Positions 38,324 to 46,830 of a DNA stretch of 64,000 bases are shown piece after piece. Under the pieces are notes generated by a model, which saw only the letters and a program-made list of their open reading frames with translations, was not told where the DNA came from and ran no database searches. The position numbers were made by a program, and so were the translations under genes. Origin of the DNA: Nitrosomonas sp. (GTDB lineage: Bacteria; Pseudomonadota; Gammaproteobacteria; Burkholderiales; Nitrosomonadaceae); assembly GCF_040240425.1 (NCBI RefSeq), contig NZ_QPHG01000017.1:6806-70805 (forward strand), given 5' to 3'. Every line of letters starts with the position of its first letter. Positions within the stretch are counted from its first letter, which is position 1.

Positions 38324-40576
38324 TTACAACAACTTACTCTCGTATTCCGCAAGAATTCCGGTCATTATTGACCGCAATGCAACGGCTCTATCGGTATTGC
38401 CGTTATTGATCGCGTCTTTCAGGTCGCGAATTGCATTTTCCAGACTGGCGCGTTTCGATGCATTCAAGCGCTGACCGAGATCGGCTAAGAAAACGCCGGT
38501 ATACAGCGACAATCTTTCCAAGGCCAACATCGCTTGATTCTTATCGGCTGTGAAATTGGCTTCGATTTGATGAATACTTCTTTCTACCTGTCCCAGGATA
38601 CCTTTGCTGATTTCACTCACGATTTTGTCGGCAACCACATTGGACAGTTCACCCGTGAACTGAGCTTTGATCTGATTGCTTCCCGATGGATTATCTTGGG
38701 CGATAAAACCTTCCACGATGCGGTAAAAATATTCGCCTTCGATTTGTTTTTCCCTGGCCTCGTCCACATCGACAGCTCTATTCTCGACAATACCTTGAAC
38801 TTCCCGTAGCACACCGATCAGAAAACTCCTGACCAGCGGAATGACGATATTTTCACGCGCCAATGCCAATGATTGACCATCTTCCATATCGGCTTTATCA
38901 AAAGTACGTTTACCTTGAATAAAGGCGGCGGTCACTTGATAGTCGAGATCAGGATCGCTACCCGACACAATTGATTGTTTATCCGATGAAAGCACTTTGT
39001 CTTCTTTGTTCACCGTTTTGGCAATCGCCGAGTACGCGGTGTATGCTCTGTCCCATTCGAGCGCGAGCGCATCCGTCGATAAATTGCCGAACTGCTCCTG
39101 AACCAGCGTGACACGGTTGTATACAACCAGCGCAAACATTTTCTGTAGCGACTTATCGATCACTTGCAGAGCGAAACGAATTTGATTACCGGATTTAACT
39201 TGTGCAATGGCTGCCGAAACATCCAGATCAATTGTTTGCCCATAGATTTGGTCGACCAGTTGTGTCAGTTGTTGCAGATCTGCGCCATATTTTGCTGCGA
39301 TAGCATCTCCATCGATCGGCGCTTGATTCCGCAGACTGTCGATTGCCTGGTAATCGGCAAGCGCATTCTCAACGATGGGGGTATGTTGCGCTACTTCATA
39401 TTGAGCACGATTCAGTGCATTCTCGTACTTGGTTAAGATTGCTGTTATCGCATTACGCGCTTGTTCGGATTTAGGAGCACTGAGTTCATTGCTGGCAGTC
39501 ATTAAATTTTCCAGCTCATTTTCCAGACTGCCACGATCTGCGGCACCCAATCGCAATTCGAGATCGGGCAACAGGACTCTGGCAAAATATTTGGCACCCG
39601 CCGCTTCGGCCACCGCATGTGGGCGGTCTTTTTCCGTGATAGCACTTGCTTGACCATTCATTTCAGCAACGACGCGGCCAATAAAACCTTTTCCTAACTC
39701 GCTGACAATCTCATCGGCAACGACTTTCGATGGATCGCCTGTCAATTGCGTTTTTATCCTCAAGCTACCGGCAGGGTTTCCTCTGGCTACCAGCGATTCA
39801 ATGATGCGATAAAAAATTTCGCCTTCTTTCTGCAAAACGCTCGTTTCATCGGGGTCGACACCTCTCTGCTTAATAATGCCGGCGACTTCACGCAACACTC
39901 CAATATAATAAGCCCGCGCAAGCGACATTCGGATCGCATACCGCGCGATTTGCACCGTGATGAAATCCTCTTCCAAATTGCTTTTATTTAAAGCCGCTCT
40001 GATTTTGGAGAATTGATCGTTCACTTCGACATCAAGCCCCGGATTGCTACCTGCTTCCAGCGCTTGCCGGTCGGCTGTCAAGATTTGATTCTCTCTGGCC
40101 ACCGTTCCGGAAATGGCTTGGAAGGCCGCCACCGATTCATCCAGCATGGCTGCTAGAACGTCCGATGTGCCGGTTTCAAATTGGTCGCGAATCGCAGCAA
40201 TGCGATTCCAAATGCTTTGATAGAAAACACGCTGCAGGGTTTTGTCGATCACTTGTGCTGCGAGCCTTGGCGCATAGTCGTTTTTGATGTCGTCGATCGC
40301 TGCCAGCACATCCTTATCTAAAGCCAAGGAATTGGCGGTGTCGATCTCTTGCGTCAATGTTTGCAAAGCGCCAGCATATTGCGCCGCGATTGCATCTCCA
40401 TTAATCGGAAATTCTCTACGCAACGTCCCAATAGTTTTAAAAGCCGTGACGGCTGATTCAATGGTCGCGACATTGGATGCTGCCGTCACATGATTCATGC
40501 CGGCAAATAAAATAAACAAACCCGCAATCATTGAATAAATCCATGAATTGCTGTACCTACTAAACTTAAACATCAT
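38324..40576 (-). CDS. Exported 750-aa protein made of two homologous halves of about 360 aa, likely alpha-helical; no family recognised
   Basis: N-terminal hydrophobic signal or anchor (..FAGMNHVTAAS). Residues ~35-390 and ~395-750 align along their full length, e.g. DGDAIAA.Y..L..LTQ, QVIDK(T/S)LQ, IGVLREV.GI, EGE(I/Y)FYRI(I/V)E and NVVAD(E/K)IVSE. A Fur-box-like site lies in the promoter. Confidence 0.75.
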   Translation of the reverse strand: MMFKFSRYSNSWIYSMIAGLFILFAGMNHVTAASNVATIESAVTAFKTIGTLRREFPINGDAIAAQYAGALQTLTQEIDTANSLALDKDVLAAIDDIKNDYAPRLAAQVIDKTLQRVFYQSIWNRIAAIRDQFETGTSDVLAAMLDESVAAFQAISGTVARENQILTADRQALEAGSNPGLDVEVNDQFSKIRAALNKSNLEEDFITVQIARYAIRMSLARAYYIGVLREVAGIIKQRGVDPDETSVLQKEGEIFYRIIESLVARGNPAGSLRIKTQLTGDPSKVVADEIVSELGKGFIGRVVAEMNGQASAITEKDRPHAVAEAAGAKYFARVLLPDLELRLGAADRGSLENELENLMTASNELSAPKSEQARNAITAILTKYENALNRAQYEVAQHTPIVENALADYQAIDSLRNQAPIDGDAIAAKYGADLQQLTQLVDQIYGQTIDLDVSAAIAQVKSGNQIRFALQVIDKSLQKMFALVVYNRVTLVQEQFGNLSTDALALEWDRAYTAYSAIAKTVNKEDKVLSSDKQSIVSGSDPDLDYQVTAAFIQGKRTFDKADMEDGQSLALARENIVIPLVRSFLIGVLREVQGIVENRAVDVDEAREKQIEGEYFYRIVEGFIAQDNPSGSNQIKAQFTGELSNVVADKIVSEISKGILGQVERSIHQIEANFTADKNQAMLALERLSLYTGVFLADLGQRLNASKRASLENAIRDLKDAINNGNTDRAVALRSIMTGILAEYESKLL

Positions 40577-40613
40577 AAAAACTCCTTTTTTTATTAAGAA
40601 CAGTAATGCTAAT

Positions 40614-40635
40614 AATAATGATAATGATTCTTATT
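40614..40635 (-). promoter_or_regulatory. Fur-box-like operator upstream of the 750-aa gene
   Basis: AATAATGATAATGATTCTTATT, 38 nt upstream of the start codon at 40576. Confidence 0.7.
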
Positions 40636-40658
40636 AATATTATCAAATAAATTTTTTA

Positions 40659-43073
40659 TTAGAAATTAGCAATTAAGCTTGCTCGGACGGCAATCGGTGA
40701 ACCTGGTGTGATATTGAAATCGTTATGCGCGGCTGCAAAATATTTGGTATCGAACAGATTTTCGATATTCAATTGCCCGCGAAAGCTTTTGGAAAACTTC
40801 GTAAATAAAGCGGCATCAACCCGAGTGAAATCCGGCAGGCTGACCCGGTTAGTCAACGATGCAAACATACTGTCACGATGGATGACACCAAATGCCGCGC
40901 CAATGTTTGGCGTAATGTCGTAACGGCTCCATACCGAAAAAGTGTGCCGCGGCAATTCCGCAACTGTTGCTCCCTTTCGAGCGATGCCGAGTATGTCGCT
41001 GGTAATTTCACCGGTCTGATATGCATAGCCGCCCATGACACTCCAGTTCTGGGTGAGTTGCCCTGCCAAGCTAATTTCAACACCTTCGGTACGCTGGCCT
41101 TTAGTCAGAAAGGTTTGTCCGCCAACCACAGAATTAATCACATTGGTGCGATCCAGTTGATAGACTGCACCGGTGAAAGCCAGATCGGGACGGATATCCC
41201 ATTTAACTCCGGTTTCCATCGTAGTGAATTTCTCTGGCTTCAGTGTTTCCACCGTGACATTTAACGCCGTCAACTGATCGCCGGCGCGTGGAACGTAGGC
41301 TTGACTGTAACTGGCATAAAACGATACCGGTTCGATCGGTTTAAAGATCACACCGAAACGCGGCGCGATCAAGTCATCATTAGTTTTTAGATGATCCTTG
41401 AGACCATTCTTCTGCTGAAAATCGACTTCAAATGAGTCATATCGCACCCCGGCAATTACCTGCAGCTGAGGAATGATCTCGATCTGATCTTGAATATACA
41501 AGGAGGTCACATTGACGGTGCTGCGATTCAATGCATCCAGGCCGTCGCCCGAATTTCTATTTCTAAAAGTAATTGGTACATTGGTCAGCGGATTGCTGAG
41601 CGGCACAAAAAAATTGGTATCGGCCGCGCTGTTATTGAATAAACCGGTCTCGCGCCGGTTGTGCGTTTCTTGCCGCCCGACCTCGACACCGGCCAGCAAG
41701 GTATGGGAAATCGGACCGGTATTGAGCGAGTACAGAAAATTGGTTTGATTAAACACATTATCGCGCGATGTCGTGTTGTTGTACGCGCCCAATGGCAACA
41801 TTCCGGTTTGCGGATTGAATCCGCCGCTGGCGAATACATTTTGATAGAACTTGTCGTAGGTGGTATAGAGTGTGCGATTTTGCAGCGTAATGCCGGAATC
41901 GAATTTATGCTCAATGAAAGAACCGAAGGACAGTACATCAATCTCCGCGAGACTTCGCCTCGGATCGCCAAAAAACTGCGAGCGGCTCACATCCACCGGG
42001 CCGGTGACTTGCCCGGTTCTTCCCACAACCGATGTGATTCCGCGATCGGCAGTGCGGTCGTCGTGGAAACGCTCCATATTGAGCACCACTTTGGTACGGC
42101 TAGTCGGTTTGATGGTTACTGTTGGCGCAATACCAAGCCGTTCCATGCTGACACCGTCCCGGAAACTGCCGGAATCCTCATACACCGTATTCAACCGGAC
42201 GGCGGCCACATCATTAATCACGTAGCCCACATCCGCAGTCATACGTTTTTGATTAAACGATCCGCCCTGGAAGGAAAACTCCCGCACCGGCTCCCAGTTT
42301 GCCATTTTGGTGACACGATTTACCACGCCGCCCGAGCCGCCACGCCCGAAAATCATCCCATTAGCGCCCTTCAACACTTCCACACGGTCAATGTTATACA
42401 GATCGCGGTAGAACTCGGCGTCATCGCGGATGCCGTCGATAAAAAAATCACCGGTCGAACGGTTGCCGCGAAACACCAGCGCATCGCGATTTCCCTCGCC
42501 TTGCGAAACACCGACACCCGGCACATAGCGCACCGCATCGGCAAGACTGCGGATCGATTGATCTTTAATTAAATCTCCGGTAATGACGGTGATCGATTGC
42601 GGCACATCGCGTAATAAAGTGTTAGTCTTAGTAGCGGTACTGGTGCTGGTCGCGGCGTAGCGATTGGTATTGCTCGCCGTGACTTGTATTGCTGGCAATG
42701 TGGTAACGGCCGGTTCAGGAGAGGCCGAAGGTACTACGACGATGGCAAAACCATCGTCGCGCTGCGCCACTTGCAAGCCAGAACCAATCAGCAATTGATC
42801 GAGCGCAGCTTTGATATCAAAATCACCCGTCAAACCATGCGTGACTTTCCCCTGCAATAGCGCAGGATCCAAGGCAAGTTTAATTCCGGCTTGTTGTGAG
42901 AATTGCGTGAGTGCATCGTGCAGATAGCCTGCAGAAATATCGTAGGTCCGCACTGCCGCTGAAGTGTTTATTGATTGTGCAACGCTAGGTTGAGGCAAGA
43001 AAGCTACCGCTAGACACACACTAACGAATACTGCACAGAAACAGATGTATCTAGTAAAACCACGAATAGTCAT
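40659..43073 (-). CDS. TonB-dependent siderophore receptor with N-terminal STN signalling domain (FecA/FpvA type)
   Basis: Signal peptide. STN domain (YDISAGYLHDALTQFSQQAGIKLALDP..GDFDIKAALDQLL). Plug (RDVPQSITVIT) and 22-strand barrel ending in the terminal ..ANF. Confidence 0.9.
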   Translation of the reverse strand: MTIRGFTRYICFCAVFVSVCLAVAFLPQPSVAQSINTSAAVRTYDISAGYLHDALTQFSQQAGIKLALDPALLQGKVTHGLTGDFDIKAALDQLLIGSGLQVAQRDDGFAIVVVPSASPEPAVTTLPAIQVTASNTNRYAATSTSTATKTNTLLRDVPQSITVITGDLIKDQSIRSLADAVRYVPGVGVSQGEGNRDALVFRGNRSTGDFFIDGIRDDAEFYRDLYNIDRVEVLKGANGMIFGRGGSGGVVNRVTKMANWEPVREFSFQGGSFNQKRMTADVGYVINDVAAVRLNTVYEDSGSFRDGVSMERLGIAPTVTIKPTSRTKVVLNMERFHDDRTADRGITSVVGRTGQVTGPVDVSRSQFFGDPRRSLAEIDVLSFGSFIEHKFDSGITLQNRTLYTTYDKFYQNVFASGGFNPQTGMLPLGAYNNTTSRDNVFNQTNFLYSLNTGPISHTLLAGVEVGRQETHNRRETGLFNNSAADTNFFVPLSNPLTNVPITFRNRNSGDGLDALNRSTVNVTSLYIQDQIEIIPQLQVIAGVRYDSFEVDFQQKNGLKDHLKTNDDLIAPRFGVIFKPIEPVSFYASYSQAYVPRAGDQLTALNVTVETLKPEKFTTMETGVKWDIRPDLAFTGAVYQLDRTNVINSVVGGQTFLTKGQRTEGVEISLAGQLTQNWSVMGGYAYQTGEITSDILGIARKGATVAELPRHTFSVWSRYDITPNIGAAFGVIHRDSMFASLTNRVSLPDFTRVDAALFTKFSKSFRGQLNIENLFDTKYFAAAHNDFNITPGSPIAVRASLIANF

Positions 43074-43235
43074 ATCAAGAGTGAGTGCAAAATTATTTTT
43101 GCAGTGCTTACCCGATTCGAGGGTAAATATTATTATTAAAATGCGATGAATTGAATAACTAACCCGGATTCACCGGCAAGATTCCACAGTCAGCCGGGAA
43201 ATCCTTATTGCGCCAAAACTATTCTTAGATTTCCC

Positions 43236-43460
43236 TCAGACCGCTGTTTCGCACACGCGAGTTGATTGAGGAGTAAAATTTTGCAGCTGAGATTTCTGCA
43301 CCAATGTTTGATCCAGAACCTCTTTTGCATGGCACGCGCACAGACCACACTGCTCCGTTACTCCCAAGCTGGCTTTTAAATCCCTCATCCGGCCCGCACC
43401 TTGGTAAACTGCTTCACGCAGCGCGCTTTCCGTTACACCTTTGCAAATACATACATACAT
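43236..43460 (-). CDS. bfd: Bacterioferritin-associated ferredoxin
   Basis: MYVCICKGVTE...CGLCAC is the four-Cys [2Fe-2S] BFD motif. 74 aa. Confidence 0.85.
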   Translation of the reverse strand: MYVCICKGVTESALREAVYQGAGRMRDLKASLGVTEQCGLCACHAKEVLDQTLVQKSQLQNFTPQSTRVCETAV

Positions 43461-43525
43461 TTTAAATACCTTGCGATCTATATTTAAAAAATTCTTGTCT
43501 TTAAAATAACGATCTAATGATCATT

Positions 43526-43547
43526 AATAATGAGAATGATTCTTAAT
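43526..43547 (-). promoter_or_regulatory. Fur-box-like operator upstream of bfd
   Basis: AATAATGAGAATGATTCTTAAT, immediately preceded by a second overlapping palindrome TAATGATCATTA. Confidence 0.75.
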
Positions 43548-43754
43548 TATACCCATTTCTTTATGAAATGCAAGATATCCAGCAAACCGGCTATCACTGA
43601 ATATAAAATACCTGATAGTCAATCCTATCTTGGTTATCAACAAAAATTTGTTGAGTCGGTGCAAGACATATAGCATACTTACTGCGCTTCGATTTTCAGT
43701 GCGCATTTTCCGCAGAACATCATCCAGATTCTCTAAATTTTCACAGGCAATTTA

Positions 43755-45134
43755 ATGTTTATCAGCGTTCTTGATCTTTTCAAAATTGGTATCGGTCCCT
43801 CCAGTTCGCACACCATGGGCCCCATGGTTGCAGCCAAGGATTTTCGCGGCCGCGTTCAGACTTTTGTTACCGGCCAACCGGTTCCGGCTTTCTTGCAGGT
43901 ACGCTGCACTTTGCGCGGATCATTGGCGTTTACCGGCAAAGGTCACGCCACCGACCGCGCGGTAACTCTGGGCATGCACGAATACACGCCGCGAGGACTG
44001 GCCAAATTGGACGTCAATGAACTGTTCCAGAAACTCTGGCAACAAAATACGCTGCCGATCAACGAATCGGTCACCGTTCATTTCAATCCACCCGAAGACA
44101 TTATTTTCGATCGTGGCGAGCCGCTGCCGGAGCATCCGAACGGTATGATTTTTCAGTTGCTGGATGGAACCGGCAAGACGCTGCTGACAGAAACTTATTT
44201 CTCAATCGGCGGCGGTTTCATCTCCACTTTGTCCGAGATTGGCCAGATCGTTGCACCGATCAAAATGGAAGCAACCAGTTCGTGCGGCTTTCCTTTCGAC
44301 TCCGCCAACCAGATGATGAAAATGGCAGCCGACAGCGGCTTATCGATTGCAGCCATGAAACGCAGCAATGAACTTGAGCGCATGAATGAAAAAGCATTGA
44401 ACGATGGTCTGGACGCCACTTGGGACGCGATGCACACCTGCCTGGAAAAAGGTTTGGTGGCGGAAGGCCGATTACCCGGCGGACTCAACATCAAACGCCG
44501 CGCGCACGCTTTGTATCTGCAATTACAAAACAATCCGCAGAAAGCCAACCTGAACGATTGGCTGTGTGCTTACGCGATGGCGGTCAACGAGGAAAATGCT
44601 GCGGGACATATGGTTGTCACCGCACCGACCAACGGCGCTGCGGGCGTTATTCCAGCGGTCATTTATTATGCCGTGAAACACGAAGGTGCGACGCAAGAAC
44701 AAGTACGCGATTTCCTATTGGTGGCTGGTGCGATCGGTGGCTTGATCAAGCATAACAGCTCGATTTCCGGTGCCGAAGTGGGTTGTCAGGGTGAAGTCGG
44801 TTCCGCTTCCGCGATGGCGGCGGCCGGTTTATGCGCAATCAAAGGCGGCTCGACAGCACAAATTGAGAATGCGGCGGAGATTGCATTGGAACATCACTTG
44901 GGCATGACCTGCGACCCGGTGGGCAGCTTGGTGCAGGTACCCTGTATCGAACGCAACGGCTTCGGCGCGATCAAGGCGTACACCGCGTCATCGCTGGCTA
45001 TCCGAGGCGACGGCCAGCATTTTATGTCGCTGGATAATTGCATCGCTGCGATGAAACAAACCGGACTGGAAATGTCAGTGAAATACAAGGAAACGTCGCT
45101 CGGCGGCTTAGCGGTCAGCATTACCGAATGCTAG
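43755..45134 (+). CDS. sdaA: L-serine ammonia-lyase (iron-sulfur dependent)
   Basis: [25 protein letters not shown]-terminus, and [20 protein letters not shown] in the alpha domain. Both are hallmark SdaA motifs. Confidence 0.9.
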   Translation: MFISVLDLFKIGIGPSSSHTMGPMVAAKDFRGRVQTFVTGQPVPAFLQVRCTLRGSLAFTGKGHATDRAVTLGMHEYTPRGLAKLDVNELFQKLWQQNTLPINESVTVHFNPPEDIIFDRGEPLPEHPNGMIFQLLDGTGKTLLTETYFSIGGGFISTLSEIGQIVAPIKMEATSSCGFPFDSANQMMKMAADSGLSIAAMKRSNELERMNEKALNDGLDATWDAMHTCLEKGLVAEGRLPGGLNIKRRAHALYLQLQNNPQKANLNDWLCAYAMAVNEENAAGHMVVTAPTNGAAGVIPAVIYYAVKHEGATQEQVRDFLLVAGAIGGLIKHNSSISGAEVGCQGEVGSASAMAAAGLCAIKGGSTAQIENAAEIALEHHLGMTCDPVGSLVQVPCIERNGFGAIKAYTASSLAIRGDGQHFMSLDNCIAAMKQTGLEMSVKYKETSLGGLAVSITEC

Positions 45135-45145
45135 ATTAAGAAGAT

Positions 45146-45168
45146 GCACCGGTCACTTATCCCGGTGC
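45146..45168 (+). terminator. Possible terminator of sdaA, overlapping the 3' end of the convergent gene
   Basis: GCACCGG (45146-45152) pairs with CCGGTGC (45162-45168). It is followed by AATTTG, which is only partly T-rich. Confidence 0.35.
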
Positions 45169-46508
45169 AATTTGCCGATCACTGAACGCACGCCGCGCAC
45201 GACAAAGTAAACAGCAAGTACCACGACAGGAATAGCAATACCGGTCAGCAATTCGACATTGATATCCTGCCCCGCCGCTTTCAGCGCTTTCAATCCATAG
45301 CCCACGATACCCAGTAGATAGTAACTCAACACCACTACGGACAAGCCTTCCACCGTTTCTTGCATACGCAGTTGCACGTGCGCGCGATTGTCCATGGATT
45401 TCAGCAAATCCCGGATCTGCCCTTCCATCGACAAATCGACACGCGTACGCAGTAACGCCGATGCGCGGCCCAAACGGGTCGACAGCGTTTCCAGCTTGGT
45501 ATGCACCAGCTCGCACGTCCCCATCGCCGACGACAACCGCTGAATCATAAATTCTTGCAGCATCTGCAACCCTTCGATACGCTCCTCGCGCAATTCGGTA
45601 ATGCGCAACTTGACGATATCGTAATACGCTCTGGAAGCATTGAAGCGGTGGCTGGTGAGCGCCGACAAACGCTCGGTTTCCGCTGCCAGCTGGGTCAATT
45701 CATTGAGCAAGCTCTGCTCATCTTCGATGCAGGTCAGTCCGGCACTGTTTGCGGTCAATTCGGCCAGACGCTGATCAGCGCGCGCCAGTTGCGGTATGAT
45801 CTTGCGCGTCACAGGCAGCGGCAGCATCGCCAGCATGCGGTAAGTCTCGATTTCCAGCAAACGCTGCACCAGCCGTCCGACCTGGCGGCTACGCAAGTTG
45901 TCGTCATGAATCAGAATACGGCCGAAATTATCGGCATGAATCTGGTTATCGCTCCATACACTAGCCGCGCCGCCCGCCACTTTGGAGCCGATCACCGTCC
46001 CGGAAGCGAATAAATTGACCAGTTCATGCAAACTGCGTTTAGGGTGCGAGCGATCCTCCAGCGCGATATGCGTCGCCACCAGCAATTCGCCCGGCAATTG
46101 CGCCAGCCAATCCTGCGGCACATACCCAATCGCGGGATGCGCAAACGGCGTATCAAAAGGCTTGGCGCGATAAAAGGTATAGGTTGAATATTCGGTATGT
46201 CGCTCCCAGCGCAAACGAAACTCACCGCAATCCGCGCTGAAATCGTTTTCATGCGTATTTGGTGGGTTGATGCCGTAGCGCAGACATAGCTCACCCACCA
46301 GCTGACGTTCCTGGTCGACTCGGTCGCGTTCCGACAACAAGACCAAATGCGAAAGCTCAAACGGCGGCGCCAGCAACTCATACGCCACCGCGTTCAATTC
46401 GGCATGCAAATCCTGCCGTTCCGCATATTCCGGAATCGCCAGTAATTTTTCTTCGGCAAGCGCGCCTAATTCAGTGGCAATGGATGACAACGAGGCAGGG
46501 GAATCCAT
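45153..46508 (-). CDS. DUF3422/COG4949-like membrane-anchored protein
   Basis: A large soluble N-terminal region is followed by two C-terminal TM helices. This layout and length match the DUF3422 family from memory. Not verified. Confidence 0.45.
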   Translation of the reverse strand: MDSPASLSSIATELGALAEEKLLAIPEYAERQDLHAELNAVAYELLAPPFELSHLVLLSERDRVDQERQLVGELCLRYGINPPNTHENDFSADCGEFRLRWERHTEYSTYTFYRAKPFDTPFAHPAIGYVPQDWLAQLPGELLVATHIALEDRSHPKRSLHELVNLFASGTVIGSKVAGGAASVWSDNQIHADNFGRILIHDDNLRSRQVGRLVQRLLEIETYRMLAMLPLPVTRKIIPQLARADQRLAELTANSAGLTCIEDEQSLLNELTQLAAETERLSALTSHRFNASRAYYDIVKLRITELREERIEGLQMLQEFMIQRLSSAMGTCELVHTKLETLSTRLGRASALLRTRVDLSMEGQIRDLLKSMDNRAHVQLRMQETVEGLSVVVLSYYLLGIVGYGLKALKAAGQDINVELLTGIAIPVVVLAVYFVVRGVRSVIGKLHRDK

Positions 46509-46633
46509 AACAATAGCCCGACTAAATATAACGAGCCTGTAGCATACCGAATTTTCATGACCCGCAAATGAATCTTTTGTGGAATGGTTGCAGAGAAATG
46601 GGTTAATGCAGCAGAAGCTCCGCTACACACCAT

Positions 46634-46664
46634 AAAAAAGATCAACGTTCAAAGAACGTTGATC
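46634..46664 (-). terminator. Intrinsic-terminator-like hairpin reading on the minus strand, inside a divergent intergenic region
   Basis: The plus strand reads AAAAAA-GATCAACGTTC-AAA-GAACGTTGATC. On the minus strand this is an 11-bp perfect stem with a 3-nt loop, followed by TTTTTT. Confidence 0.6.
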
Positions 46665-46830
46665 GACTAACATTCAGGAAGATACTACGTACTACGCAGC
46701 GAGTCTAGCACGGCAATTGTGAAGGTTTTGTGAGAACAAAAATGACGATGGCCTTGATCAATCGCCCGTGATTCCGTGTAAAAATCCTGCGGTATAGTAG
46801 AATTCCGCAAGCTCACTCACCGGAAACAAC

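Noticed and set aside
41661-42572. 303-aa plus-strand ORF inside the TonB receptor gene
   Set aside because: It is antisense to a gene with strong family motifs. Its translation is low-complexity and Arg/His-rich with no recognisable domain.
46754-46798. Sigma-70 promoter for the NACHT gene (TTGATC...TAAAAA, or ...TATAGT at 46793)
   Set aside because: Spacing is 19-20 nt for the first pair, and the TATAGT element has a poor -35 partner. This is too uncertain to annotate.
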